Assembly (NCBI GenBank): GCA_016936815.1
Contig: JAFGXD010000172.1
Coordinates: 2,961 to 66,960 of the forward strand
Length of the DNA: 64,000 bases
Origin: Bacteroidales bacterium
Lineage (GTDB): Bacteria; Bacteroidota; Bacteroidia; Bacteroidales; GWF2-38-335
Reading direction: 5' to 3'
Both the position numbers and the translations under genes were made by a program. Positions 39,855-49,648 of this stretch are shown piece after piece. Under the pieces are notes generated by a model, which had not been told where the DNA came from, ran no database searches, and was given only the letters and a program-made list of their open reading frames with translations. Position 1 is the stretch's first letter; the number at the start of each line of letters is the position of its first letter.

Positions 39855-41135
39855 ATGAAACTTGAAGATGTTTACCAATACTTTTTGGAAAAGGCTGCTA
39901 ACGTCATAACTGATACAAGACTATGCAAATCAGGAGATATTTTCATCAGTCTTAAGGGCGAAAATTTTGATGGCAACCAATATGCTCGAAAAGCTTTAGA
40001 ACTTGGATGTTCATTGGCTATAATTGATAATAAAGATTATATGCAAAATGAAAAAACAGTTCTGGTTGAAGATTCTCTGGATTTTTTACAGAAACTTGCA
40101 TATTTGCACAGACAAACCTTGAATTTACCAATTCTTGCAATTACCGGATCAAATGGTAAAACAACTACTAAAGAATTAATTGTTTCGGTTCTAAAAAAGA
40201 AATTCGTCTTAGGATATACAAAAGGAAATTACAATAATCATATTGGTGTGCCTCTAACCTTGCTTTCATTTTCTGAAAATACAGATTTTGGGGTTGTGGA
40301 AATGGGAGCAAATCACCCCGGAGAAATCAACTCCTTGTGCAAAATTGCTGACCCAAATTTTGGGATAATTACAAATATTGGAAAAGCTCATATTGAAGGA
40401 TTTGGAACTTTTCAGGGAGTAATTGACACTAAAAATGAATTATATCAGTACCTCAACACAAAAAATGGCTTAATTTTCTACAATTCAGGTAATGAAATAC
40501 TTACAAGTCTCAGCAAGAACAATAAATATGCCTTTGGTGGCGAAAATGATGATATTTATGCGGAAATAATAGAACAAAATCCATTTCTTAAAATAAAAAT
40601 ATTCTTAAACCAAAAAGATTATATAATAAATACCAAAATATTTGGAGAATACAATTTAGAGAATATTATGGCTGCCTTTGCCATTGGACATTATTTTGGA
40701 ATTGAGGCCTCTTCAATAATTAATGCTATTGAAACTTACCGCCCAGAAAACAATAGATCTCAATTAGTTAAAACAAAAGAAAATACCGTTTTCCTTGATG
40801 CCTATAATGCAAATCCCTCAAGCATGGAAAAAGCAATTGAAAATTTCCTAAAAATTGATGGAAAAAAAGCAATGATTTTGGGTGACATGTTAGAGCTAGG
40901 CAATATTTCTGAAGTGGAGCATATTAGGATTGTTAAACTCATAGAGAAAATGGGAATGGATAATATTTTTCTTGTTGGCAAAAACTTCAAATCGCTATCT
41001 AACAAACAATTACTAAGTTTTGAAGATGTGGAAGGGCTAATAGAACATTTAAGAACAAACCCAATAAAAGCTTATAATATTCTTGTTAAAGGTTCTCGTG
41101 GTACTAAACTCGAAAAGGTAATTGATTTTATATAA
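39855..41135 (+). CDS. murF: UDP-N-acetylmuramoyl-tripeptide--D-alanyl-D-alanine ligase MurF
   Basis: 426 aa with the ITGSNGKTTTKE P-loop, MGANHPGEI and DAYNANPSSM motifs. Confidence 0.93.
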   Translation: MKLEDVYQYFLEKAANVITDTRLCKSGDIFISLKGENFDGNQYARKALELGCSLAIIDNKDYMQNEKTVLVEDSLDFLQKLAYLHRQTLNLPILAITGSNGKTTTKELIVSVLKKKFVLGYTKGNYNNHIGVPLTLLSFSENTDFGVVEMGANHPGEINSLCKIADPNFGIITNIGKAHIEGFGTFQGVIDTKNELYQYLNTKNGLIFYNSGNEILTSLSKNNKYAFGGENDDIYAEIIEQNPFLKIKIFLNQKDYIINTKIFGEYNLENIMAAFAIGHYFGIEASSIINAIETYRPENNRSQLVKTKENTVFLDAYNANPSSMEKAIENFLKIDGKKAMILGDMLELGNISEVEHIRIVKLIEKMGMDNIFLVGKNFKSLSNKQLLSFEDVEGLIEHLRTNPIKAYNILVKGSRGTKLEKVIDFI

Positions 41136-41254
41136 TTGTTTTTAACATCGAAAGGTTAAAAAGTCAGTCTGCTACAAAGTTTGTATTTACTATCATATAA
41201 GTATCTTTATGCATTATAATAAGATGCTTCACAAGCAATAATAAAAAAACAAAA

Positions 41255-42904
41255 ATGCATAAAAGTCTATTCTTTCTATTCTTTCTTCTTTTCATAAACT
41301 TAGGTATCAAGGGTCAGATTCCCTCCGAAAAACCTAAACTTGTTGTAGCAATTGTGGTTGAGCAAATGCGTTATGATTACATACTTAGATATTGGGATAA
41401 ATTTGAAAAAGAAGGTTTTAAAAAGCTTATTAACGAAGGTATGAACTGCAAAAATGCTCGTCTTAATTACCTTTTAACCCAAGGAGCCCCGGGAATTGCC
41501 TCAATTTTTACAGGAGCTTTGCCAGGTTCTCATGGAATTGTAGGCGAGGAGTGGTATATGCGATTAAAAAAAGAAAAATACAATTGTGTGGAAGACGATA
41601 ACGCTCTAACTATTGGCAGCACCTCAATAAATGGAAAAAAATCACCTAAATGGTTAATTTCCAGCAGCATTAACGATGAGATGAAATTGTTCAGCAACGG
41701 AAAATCAAAAGTATTTAGCGTTAGCCTAAACGATTATGCCTCTATTCTAGCAGGAGGCAAAACTGCTAATGCTTGTTATTGGTATGATGATAAAACAGGT
41801 TACTGGATTACAAGTAGTTATTACCAAGACTCATTGCCTAAATGGGTTAATACCTTCAACGAAAAATTGCTTCCTGAATTTTATCTGCAACAAGAATGGA
41901 ATACATTACTTCCAATTTCATCCTACACCGAATCTCAGCCTGATTCAAGTAACTACGAATTAGGATTTGGTAAAGACAAATTTACTTTCCCATACTTGAT
42001 GTCGGAGCAAAAAAGCAAAGTCTCCCTAAAAAAACATGAAATAAGATACCAATTATTAAGAAACATTCCATCGGGAAATACTTACACATTAGATTTTGCC
42101 TTGGCAACTATGGTAAACGAAAAACTAGGCAATGGAGAATCTACCGATTTTATTTCAATAACCTTTTCTGCAATAGACAATATTGGGCACAAATTCGGGC
42201 CCAATTCTGTTGAAATACAAGATGCATTTCTAAGATTAGATCAAAATATGGCGCATCTATTATCATTTATTGACAAGCAATATGGCAAAGAAAATGTTTT
42301 GGTTTTTCTTACCTCCAATCACGGAGTTTCAGGGATTCCAAATTTTTTAAAGGAGAAAAAAATGCATGCAGGATATTTCAAATACCATTATTCAGTTGCC
42401 TTGCTAAAGAGTTATTTAAACGCACTTTATGGAGAAGGTGATTGGGTTAGTGCCTATATTAATCAACAGGTCTATTTAAACCGGCAATTAATAGAAAGCG
42501 CAAAGCTGTCGCTTGAAGAAGTTCAGAAAAAAGTTGCACTTTTTCTGGTACAATATTCCGGTGTTGCCAATACTATTACAGCAAGCGACTTACAGTCTAA
42601 TAATTTTAAGGGTGGAAGTGTTTTCGAAAAAATGCAAAATAGTTTTCATCAGGAAAGATCGGGAGATGTAATTCTAAACCTTGAACCCGGCTGGATACAG
42701 GATAAACTAGAGGCTGCCGATCATGGTTCCGGAAGTGTTTATGATACTCACGTTCCACTTCTTTGGTATGGTTGGAAAATAAAAAGAGGTAGCATTACAA
42801 GAAGGGTAAATATTGAGCAAATTGCAGCATCTTTGGCAGAATTTCTTCAAATTTCCTATCCAACATCCTGCGAAAGTGAACCAATTGAGGAATTGACCAA
42901 ATAA
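41255..42904 (+). CDS. alkaline phosphatase-superfamily protein (nucleotide pyrophosphatase/phosphodiesterase-like), secreted
   Basis: 549 aa with a signal peptide, KLVVAIVVEQMRYDY near the N-terminus, and DNIGHKFGP / SNHGVSG / DHGSG metal-ligand-like motifs. Confidence 0.75.
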   Translation: MHKSLFFLFFLLFINLGIKGQIPSEKPKLVVAIVVEQMRYDYILRYWDKFEKEGFKKLINEGMNCKNARLNYLLTQGAPGIASIFTGALPGSHGIVGEEWYMRLKKEKYNCVEDDNALTIGSTSINGKKSPKWLISSSINDEMKLFSNGKSKVFSVSLNDYASILAGGKTANACYWYDDKTGYWITSSYYQDSLPKWVNTFNEKLLPEFYLQQEWNTLLPISSYTESQPDSSNYELGFGKDKFTFPYLMSEQKSKVSLKKHEIRYQLLRNIPSGNTYTLDFALATMVNEKLGNGESTDFISITFSAIDNIGHKFGPNSVEIQDAFLRLDQNMAHLLSFIDKQYGKENVLVFLTSNHGVSGIPNFLKEKKMHAGYFKYHYSVALLKSYLNALYGEGDWVSAYINQQVYLNRQLIESAKLSLEEVQKKVALFLVQYSGVANTITASDLQSNNFKGGSVFEKMQNSFHQERSGDVILNLEPGWIQDKLEAADHGSGSVYDTHVPLLWYGWKIKRGSITRRVNIEQIAASLAEFLQISYPTSCESEPIEELTK

Positions 42905-42936
42905 AAAAAGTGACCCCAAATGGAATCACTTTTTTG
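42905..42936 (+). terminator. possible rho-independent terminator
   Basis: AAAAAGTGA / TCACTTTTT stem flanking a 12-nt loop, directly after the stop codon. Weak call because the stem is A-U rich and the loop is large. Confidence 0.4.
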
Positions 42937-43131
42937 TGACCGAATCTTAATCCAAAGACAATTTCTTGTAACCGATATTACCGAATAAAAAGAACTTTGT
43001 TCATAAAAATTGACCAACATACAGAATTTTTCCACAAAGAATATCAAAACAAAAGATAAATGAATTTATATAAACTACTGATTTTAAGTTTTTTATTTAT
43101 ATCTTTCAACACATAATGAAGAAATATTTAT

Positions 43132-43935
43132 ATGAAAACAACCGAATCTGAATCGTTATACAAAGGCTTAGAAAAGATGAATACTCTTACTTTGCTTAAT
43201 AATATTAATAAAGAAGACCAAAAAGTTGCTCTAGCAATAAGCAAATGTTTGAACCAAATTGAAGAATTAATTGAAGCAGCATTTGTGAAAATGGCTAAAG
43301 GAGGCAGGTTATTTTATTTAGGATCAGGAACAAGCGGAAGGCTTGGAATACTAGATGCTTCCGAATGCCCTCCAACATTTGGAGTTGAACCCGGCTTAGT
43401 AATTGGTATAATAGCCGGTGGTGACACTGCAATAAGAACAGCAGTAGAAAATGCTGAAGACAACTTTGATGCAGGTTGGTGGGACTTAAAAAAATTCAAT
43501 ATTAATTCATCCGACTTTGTAATAGGAATTTCATCTTCGGGAAATACCCCCTATGTTGTTGGCGCATTGCAACATTGCTATTTTAATGGCATTGAAACAG
43601 GTGCATTGACATCCAATCTAAACAGCACATTAGCTAAAGAAAGTAAATATCCTATTGAAGTAATAGTTGGTCCCGAATTTATTACCGGCAGCACAAGAAT
43701 GAAATCGGGAACAGCCCAAAAAATGATTTTAAATATGATTTCAACCACCTTAATGATAAAACTGGGTAAGATTGAAGACAACAAAATGGTTGATATGCAA
43801 CTGAAGAATAAGAAACTTGTGAGCAGGGGAACAAAAATTATTATGGACAAACTGGGAATTGATGAAGAAAGAGCAAAGAATTTATTACTAAAATATGGAA
43901 GCGTAAGAAAAGCTATTAACCAATCTAATCTTTAA
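43132..43935 (+). CDS. murQ: N-acetylmuramic acid 6-phosphate etherase MurQ
   Basis: 267 aa SIS-domain protein with GRLFYLGSGTSGRLGILDASECPPTFG and SSSGNTPYV motifs. Confidence 0.9.
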   Translation: MKTTESESLYKGLEKMNTLTLLNNINKEDQKVALAISKCLNQIEELIEAAFVKMAKGGRLFYLGSGTSGRLGILDASECPPTFGVEPGLVIGIIAGGDTAIRTAVENAEDNFDAGWWDLKKFNINSSDFVIGISSSGNTPYVVGALQHCYFNGIETGALTSNLNSTLAKESKYPIEVIVGPEFITGSTRMKSGTAQKMILNMISTTLMIKLGKIEDNKMVDMQLKNKKLVSRGTKIIMDKLGIDEERAKNLLLKYGSVRKAINQSNL

Positions 43936-45352
43936 TTCTCCGGATTTTAATTCCTAAATAGGCCACCAAAATAGTCATTAATGGACTAATAATATTAAAA
44001 AAGGCATAGGGGAGATAAGTAAGAACATCAACGCCTAAAACTTTTGACTGAGTAGCGCCACAAGTATTCCAAGGTATTAAAACTGAAGTAACAGTTCCTG
44101 AATCCTCTAAAGTTCGACTTAATAGTTCAGGTTTGTAACCCTTTTTCTTATAGGTTTCGGCAAACATTTTTCCGGGGACAACAATAGAAATATATTGATC
44201 GGAAGCCGTAACATTTAAGAAAAGGCAAGAGCCTGCAGTAGTTGCAACAAGCGAACCGGTTGATTTTGCAAAACGCAATAATGATTGTGTTATTTTAACC
44301 AAAAGACCTGCAGATTCCATTGCACCACCAAAAATCATAGCAGCCAATATAAGCCAAATAGTATTAAGCATTCCCTGCATACCTCCTGTTGAGAATAAAT
44401 CGGTAATCATGGCATTTCCACTTTCAACGGTAACAGGACCAAACATAGATTTCATAACAACTGTGTAAGACGAATAAGCATAATCGCTATGATATCCGGA
44501 TAGTGAGTTTAATACATCGGGCTGAAAAATTACAGCAAAAACTCCACCCAGAACAATACCAAAAAGGAGAGCCGGAATTGGAGGAACCTTCCTGATTATT
44601 ACAACAACCAATAAAACAGGCACAAGTAACAAAACCGGGCTGATATAGAAAGTGTTTTCAATAGAATCTAATACAACATTAACATTAGTATCTGAATTTC
44701 CAAAATCGTAGTTGAAACCAATAAACAAGAATATTACCAAAGTAATTAATAAAGTAGGCACTGTAGTAATTAGCATATACCTGATATGTGTAAACAAATC
44801 TGTTCCGGCCATTGCAGGAGCCAGATTAGTAGTATCTGATAAAGGAGAAATCTTATCACCAAAATAAGCTCCGGAAATAATAGCACCGGCAATAACTCCA
44901 TCGTGAATACCCAGTGTTTTTCCTATTCCCAATAATGCAATACCAATTGTAGCCACAGTAGACCATGAACTGCCAGTTGCCAGTGATACCAAAGCGCAAA
45001 TAATTACAGTTGCAAAAAGAAATATTTTGGGATTCAAGATTTTTAACCCATAGTAAATCATTGTTGGAACTACACCGGAAATAAGCCAAGTACCTGCCAA
45101 TGCACCTATTAGCAACAAAATTAGCATGGAGGGCATTGCCGAATTAATACTTTTGACAACAGAATCTAGAATATTTTCCCATGATTGGGAAAGGTAAATA
45201 GCTATTAATCCGGCAACAGTTGCAGAAAAAATAAGTGCCATTTGATTGGGGCCGGATAGAGTATCCTCAAAAAAAGAAACATTGAGAAAAAGTAGGAAAA
45301 CCAACAGAAAAATTGGCAAAAGAGCCTGAAATAATGTTGGTTGTTTTTGCAT
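43925..45352 (-). CDS. nhaC: Na+/H+ antiporter NhaC-family transporter
   Basis: 475 aa, about 12 TM helices, NhaC-like sequence pattern. Its 3' end overlaps the convergent murQ by 11 nt, and its start overlaps the wzc stop. Confidence 0.85.
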   Translation of the reverse strand: MQKQPTLFQALLPIFLLVFLLFLNVSFFEDTLSGPNQMALIFSATVAGLIAIYLSQSWENILDSVVKSINSAMPSMLILLLIGALAGTWLISGVVPTMIYYGLKILNPKIFLFATVIICALVSLATGSSWSTVATIGIALLGIGKTLGIHDGVIAGAIISGAYFGDKISPLSDTTNLAPAMAGTDLFTHIRYMLITTVPTLLITLVIFLFIGFNYDFGNSDTNVNVVLDSIENTFYISPVLLLVPVLLVVVIIRKVPPIPALLFGIVLGGVFAVIFQPDVLNSLSGYHSDYAYSSYTVVMKSMFGPVTVESGNAMITDLFSTGGMQGMLNTIWLILAAMIFGGAMESAGLLVKITQSLLRFAKSTGSLVATTAGSCLFLNVTASDQYISIVVPGKMFAETYKKKGYKPELLSRTLEDSGTVTSVLIPWNTCGATQSKVLGVDVLTYLPYAFFNIISPLMTILVAYLGIKIRRIKD

Positions 45353-47796
45353 TAAGAAGATTTCTTTTTCAGACGCAACCCAATTAATAATCTTGCCAAC
45401 AGACTTGGTGCCTTATCGTCTTCTTCGTAATAGCCGTAACCGTAACCATAGCCGTAACCATAACCATAGCCATATCTATAACCATATCCTTGGCGATAGC
45501 CATAGTAATTCGGAACTTTAATATCGTTGATAAGCAAACAAAGGTTTTTGATATTTTTTTCTTCAAAAAGGTCGTTAACAAATTTCAAAACCGATTTACT
45601 GGAGTAGTTTTGTCTCACCACAAAAATATTTGTATCGGCATATTTATTGAGCAATAAAGCATCTGTAACTAGAGCAACAGGAGGAGTATCAAGAATAATA
45701 CAATCAAAATCCTGTTTAAGTCTTTCAATAAGTCCAAACATTTGTTCTGTTTCAATTAATTCTGCCGGGTTTGGAGGAATAGGCCCTGAAGGTAAAAAAT
45801 ACAAATTTTCTATTTCAGTAGAAAGGATTATTTCTTCATAAGAATTTTTTCCAATAAGATAAGAACTAATTCCGATTGTATTTTCCTTTTTCAACTCTTT
45901 ATGCAACTTAGGTTTACGTAAATCAAGTCCCAGTAACACAGTTCTCTTTTTAGAAACAGCAAAAATAGAAGCAAGATTTACAGCACAGAAAGTTTTTCCT
46001 TCCCCACTTATTGTAGAACTTACAGAAATAGTATAACATCCCTCCTTGCCCTTTAACATGTATTGCAAATTTGTACGAAGAGTACGGAAAGATTCGGCAA
46101 TTGATGATTTTGGTTTGTCGTGAACAACCAACTCCGACTCCTTATTATTGTGTCCGACAGCTCCAAGAATAGGAATAGAGGTATTATCCTCCACATCCTT
46201 TCTTTCAATAATTTTATCATTAAAGAAATCTCTAAGAATTATTATTAATAGAGGTATTAGAATCCCAATTATGAATGCTATAATAAAATTTAAATTTTTC
46301 TTTGGAGAAATCATTGAAGCGTTTTCAGGCATGGCATAATCAATTACCTTATTATCGGCAATATTTGAAGCCATTACAATACCTGCTTCAGCTCGTTTTT
46401 CCAATAAATAAGTATAAATATTATCATTAAGCTCGAACTGACGTTGAATATTAATCAATTGCTTTTCTGTAACCGGCAACTTAGCTATTTCAGATTCCAC
46501 TTGATAAATTCTTTTCTTAATGTTATTTAATTCTATTTCAGCTGGTTGAATAATATTTTCAATGTTCTCTCTAAGAGTTATCATTGTGGATTGTATTTCA
46601 GAGTTTACCTGTTCCAGTCCCGGATCTTTTGAGGTAGAATGAATTTCAAATGATTTCTTTTTACTGTAAAGAATACTCAATTGTTCAATTAGACTGTTAA
46701 GCAAAGGATCATTAATTCCCATAATTGAGGGAGCAATAACATCTGAAAAATCTTGTCTTTTAATAATATAGTCTCTTAAATAATTATAATAGTCCAATTT
46801 CATTTTAGCCAAATTTTCCTCATTATCCAACCTCTCTAACTTATCAAATAAAGCCTTCCCTTCAAAACTTAAATCAACAATCTTATTTGATAGCCTGAAA
46901 TTCTGCAACATATCCTCGGTAGCTTTTAGAGAATCTATCACATTTCCCAATTGTGCATCAATAAATCGAATTGTATTTACGGTTATTTCATTTTTCTCAT
47001 CTAAACCCGACTGTACAAAAACATCAATAAGAGTATTAAGAAAATTTGCTTCCTTTTCCGGGACTTTGCCCTGAACAGTTAGAGTAAGCAAAGTACTTTT
47101 CTTATCGGTTGTTTCAATACTTAATTTTGAACGATAAGTTTTTGTTAATGAGTTAATATCATTAATAATAAAATACATCTCCTTATAACTGGATTTGTCT
47201 TTTATTGAAGTAAAGTTTTCAGAATCTTTTTTGAATATTGCAAATTTAAAGTTCTCATCTTCAAATACTTCTCCAAATTTCATTTTCTTACTAACCTTAT
47301 TTCCCTCGGTAATCTCTAGTTTATATTCTTTATCGTCAATCAGACTAATATAAACCATTTGATTATATTTCTGAACATGACCGGTATCAATTTCAACAAC
47401 AATAGGCGAACTATTATAAATTTCAGAAGTTCTTATTCGACCAATTGAAAAATATGAAATATCGAAATCAAGTTTTTCAATAGCTTTACGAACCATTGAA
47501 TAAGATTGAATGATTCCAATCTCATTCTCAACAACTCTTTTTCTTCCCCTTCGGAACATTCCTAAATCTTCAATAATGCTTTCAACTCCACCAACAACGG
47601 CATTGGATTGGTCTTTTATTAATACTGTAACACTTAACCTGTAAACAGGGTCGGAATATCTGTTAATATAATATGCAAGAGCAAGACTAATAAAAATAGT
47701 AATTGCAAACCAATACCAATTAGCTAATATTTTGAAAATAAATTTCTTAATATCAACTTTATCGTCCTGCTTAATTTGGTCTTTATATGATTCCAT
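45352..47796 (-). CDS. wzc: polysaccharide co-polymerase / tyrosine autokinase (Wzc-like BY-kinase)
   Basis: 814 aa with an N-terminal Wzz-like domain between two TM helices and a long coiled-coil region. Kinase motifs: Walker A SGEGKTF, Walker A' LLGLDLRKP, Walker B ILDTPP. C-terminal tyrosine cluster YGYRQGYGYRYGYGYGYGYGYGYGYY. Confidence 0.88.
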   Translation of the reverse strand: MESYKDQIKQDDKVDIKKFIFKILANWYWFAITIFISLALAYYINRYSDPVYRLSVTVLIKDQSNAVVGGVESIIEDLGMFRRGRKRVVENEIGIIQSYSMVRKAIEKLDFDISYFSIGRIRTSEIYNSSPIVVEIDTGHVQKYNQMVYISLIDDKEYKLEITEGNKVSKKMKFGEVFEDENFKFAIFKKDSENFTSIKDKSSYKEMYFIINDINSLTKTYRSKLSIETTDKKSTLLTLTVQGKVPEKEANFLNTLIDVFVQSGLDEKNEITVNTIRFIDAQLGNVIDSLKATEDMLQNFRLSNKIVDLSFEGKALFDKLERLDNEENLAKMKLDYYNYLRDYIIKRQDFSDVIAPSIMGINDPLLNSLIEQLSILYSKKKSFEIHSTSKDPGLEQVNSEIQSTMITLRENIENIIQPAEIELNNIKKRIYQVESEIAKLPVTEKQLINIQRQFELNDNIYTYLLEKRAEAGIVMASNIADNKVIDYAMPENASMISPKKNLNFIIAFIIGILIPLLIIILRDFFNDKIIERKDVEDNTSIPILGAVGHNNKESELVVHDKPKSSIAESFRTLRTNLQYMLKGKEGCYTISVSSTISGEGKTFCAVNLASIFAVSKKRTVLLGLDLRKPKLHKELKKENTIGISSYLIGKNSYEEIILSTEIENLYFLPSGPIPPNPAELIETEQMFGLIERLKQDFDCIILDTPPVALVTDALLLNKYADTNIFVVRQNYSSKSVLKFVNDLFEEKNIKNLCLLINDIKVPNYYGYRQGYGYRYGYGYGYGYGYGYGYYEEDDKAPSLLARLLIGLRLKKKSS
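45428..45507 (-). repeat. imperfect tandem hexanucleotide repeat encoding the (YG)n tyrosine cluster of Wzc
   Basis: About 13 consecutive units of the type NCC-RTA on the plus strand (TAY-GGN on the coding strand). Synonymous third-base alternation interrupts perfect repetition. Confidence 0.8.
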
Positions 47797-48573
47797 TTAT
47801 TTATTTATAAAATTCAATACTACAATTAATGTAGTTATTGAAGAAAGGAATATTGAAATATTTGGTGCGTTAATCCTAAAAGCCTTGTTTTTCATTGGTG
47901 GCACATATAGCACGTCGTTTGGCATAAGATAAAAATAATCGCTGGCCAACAAATTAATATCTGTAAGATCAAGCCTTTTCGTCTCTAATCTGTCACCATT
48001 TTTTCTTATAAGAACAACATCTTTTCTGTTTCCATAAATTGTTAAATCTCCTGCGTACCCCAAAGCTTCAAAAATTGAAAGAGAATTGTTGTAGTTTTCA
48101 AACATTCCCGGACGATTAACTTCTCCAATTAATGTAACCGGAAAACTAATCAGTTTAACGTATACTTCAGCATCTTTAAGGTATTCCCTAACTCTCTCGG
48201 CAACCAGAAAATTAATTTCACCAATTGTCTTTTCCTTTACAAAAATGTTTCCAACAACAGGCAAATTAATTATTCCTGAATCACTTACCGAAATTCCGTT
48301 TAAAAATAATGAAGCCTTATTATATCCAATATTATACTTATCTAACTCTGTAAAATTGTAGAACTTGTTCAATTCTTCATTTATGCTAACAATCTTTACA
48401 AAAAGTACATCATTTGATTGCACTTTATAATCGGTAGATTTTGCGTAAAAAGTTGTATCACTTACCTCTTCCAGCTTTTTCTGCAGATACACCATTTTCC
48501 TGTGTTGATAGCAGGAACTAAATATTATTCCAACCAACACGACTAACAACAGATACTTAATTGCTTTATACAT
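47797..48573 (-). CDS. wza: polysaccharide export outer-membrane protein (Wza/BexD family)
   Basis: Track ORF starts at a GTG at 48594. The ATG at 48573 gives MYKAIKYLLLVVLVGIIFSSC (lipobox). Poly_export plus SLBB-like regions present (VLFVKIVS..., VTLIGEVNRPG...). Confidence 0.85.
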   Translation of the reverse strand: MYKAIKYLLLVVLVGIIFSSCYQHRKMVYLQKKLEEVSDTTFYAKSTDYKVQSNDVLFVKIVSINEELNKFYNFTELDKYNIGYNKASLFLNGISVSDSGIINLPVVGNIFVKEKTIGEINFLVAERVREYLKDAEVYVKLISFPVTLIGEVNRPGMFENYNNSLSIFEALGYAGDLTIYGNRKDVVLIRKNGDRLETKRLDLTDINLLASDYFYLMPNDVLYVPPMKNKAFRINAPNISIFLSSITTLIVVLNFINK

Positions 48574-48593
48574 CAGTAAATTGTTAAAAAGCA

Positions 48594-48601
48594 CAAAAAT
48601 A
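48594..48601 (-). promoter_or_regulatory. candidate -7 promoter box (TATTTTTG) for wza-wzc
   Basis: Exact TAnnTTTG on the minus strand, 20 nt upstream of the wza ATG at 48573. Confidence 0.35.
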
Positions 48602-48667
48602 CAAAAAAATTAATACCATTTTGCAAATATTTCCTAATTGAAACAAGAAGTTATTTATTAATTCAAT

Positions 48668-49624
48668 CTAACTATTTACAGGAACAACTTTATAGCCTTT
48701 ATCCCTAAGAAGTTTTATTACTCCATTTTTCCCGGGTAAGTGAAGGGCGCCAACAGCAAAAAAGCATGGTTTCTCTTTTGCATACTGCTCAATCAGCGGG
48801 ATCCACTTTTCATTTCTTTTTATTAATAGAACATCTTCAAATTCCATTAATTCTGATTCTGAATCGTGACTTAAACTAACTAATTTACTTAATTCGTTAG
48901 CAATATAATATTTATACAAATCTTCAAGTTCCTTTTTGGCAGTTTTGTTGTTTTTTACAGCCTCCATTAGCATTTCAGCCTGTTTTTGGTACGGAATTGA
49001 ATCAAAAACCGAAAACTGAAAATCCATTGTTTCCAATCCCTTTATCTCCTTTTTTTGCATTTTTGCCCAAGCAGTAAGTGTCATTTCATAAGATTCTGTA
49101 CCACCCAAAGATCCAACCTGAGTAATTAATGTGCTAAGGAAAATTGGTTTTAAGTTTGTCTTATTTATTAGACTAAGCTTCATTCCCAATGTATCATCAA
49201 AATAGGTTTCCAAATATTTGTATTCGTCGGCAGTAAGTAAGGATTTTAAAGTAATCCCTTCAGGAAGGGACATTTTTTCGCTACCTGCAAGGTCTAATGG
49301 ATTAAGTTCTCCCATATCCATTTCTAAGACCAATTGTTCAGACTTTCTAAATGTTTTTAGCATATCTTTTGAAATAAAGAATTGCTCCTTAGGAATAATA
49401 TGCACTGTTCCAAATAAATATGATGATTTACTTAGTCCGTTGCCCGATATTTCCCAAAGCAGAGAATCTGTTTTTCCATAATTATATTCTATACTTGTTA
49501 ATTCGTCATCTGACAAACTATCAGAAGGTTTTTCATCTTTAGCTTTGCTTTCAGTTTGGTTACCACAACCAAAATTTATTAATAGATAAAAAAATGTGAA
49601 TAGTAAAATTAAGGCTCTTTTCAT
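48668..49624 (-). CDS. TraB/GumN family protein
   Basis: 318 aa with a lipoprotein-type signal (LINFGCGNQ). LLWEISGNGLSKSSYLFGTVHI and the C-terminal FFAVGALHLPG are typical of TraB/GumN. Confidence 0.8.
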   Translation of the reverse strand: MKRALILLFTFFYLLINFGCGNQTESKAKDEKPSDSLSDDELTSIEYNYGKTDSLLWEISGNGLSKSSYLFGTVHIIPKEQFFISKDMLKTFRKSEQLVLEMDMGELNPLDLAGSEKMSLPEGITLKSLLTADEYKYLETYFDDTLGMKLSLINKTNLKPIFLSTLITQVGSLGGTESYEMTLTAWAKMQKKEIKGLETMDFQFSVFDSIPYQKQAEMLMEAVKNNKTAKKELEDLYKYYIANELSKLVSLSHDSESELMEFEDVLLIKRNEKWIPLIEQYAKEKPCFFAVGALHLPGKNGVIKLLRDKGYKVVPVNS

Positions 49625-49648
49625 GATTATTTTTAGTTTTAAGTGTAA

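Noticed and set aside
41255-42904. Alkaline-phosphatase-fold protein as PglZ (BREX/defence)
   Set aside because: It has a cleavable signal peptide and no neighbouring BREX genes (methyltransferase, PglX, BrxC and so on). It fits a secreted phosphodiesterase better.
42856-43047. 63-aa ORF (minus strand) in the 227-bp spacer between the phosphatase gene and murQ
   Set aside because: It overlaps the phosphatase 3' end and its terminator hairpin. It has no promoter box, no signal or TM feature, and a composition typical of non-coding AT-rich DNA.
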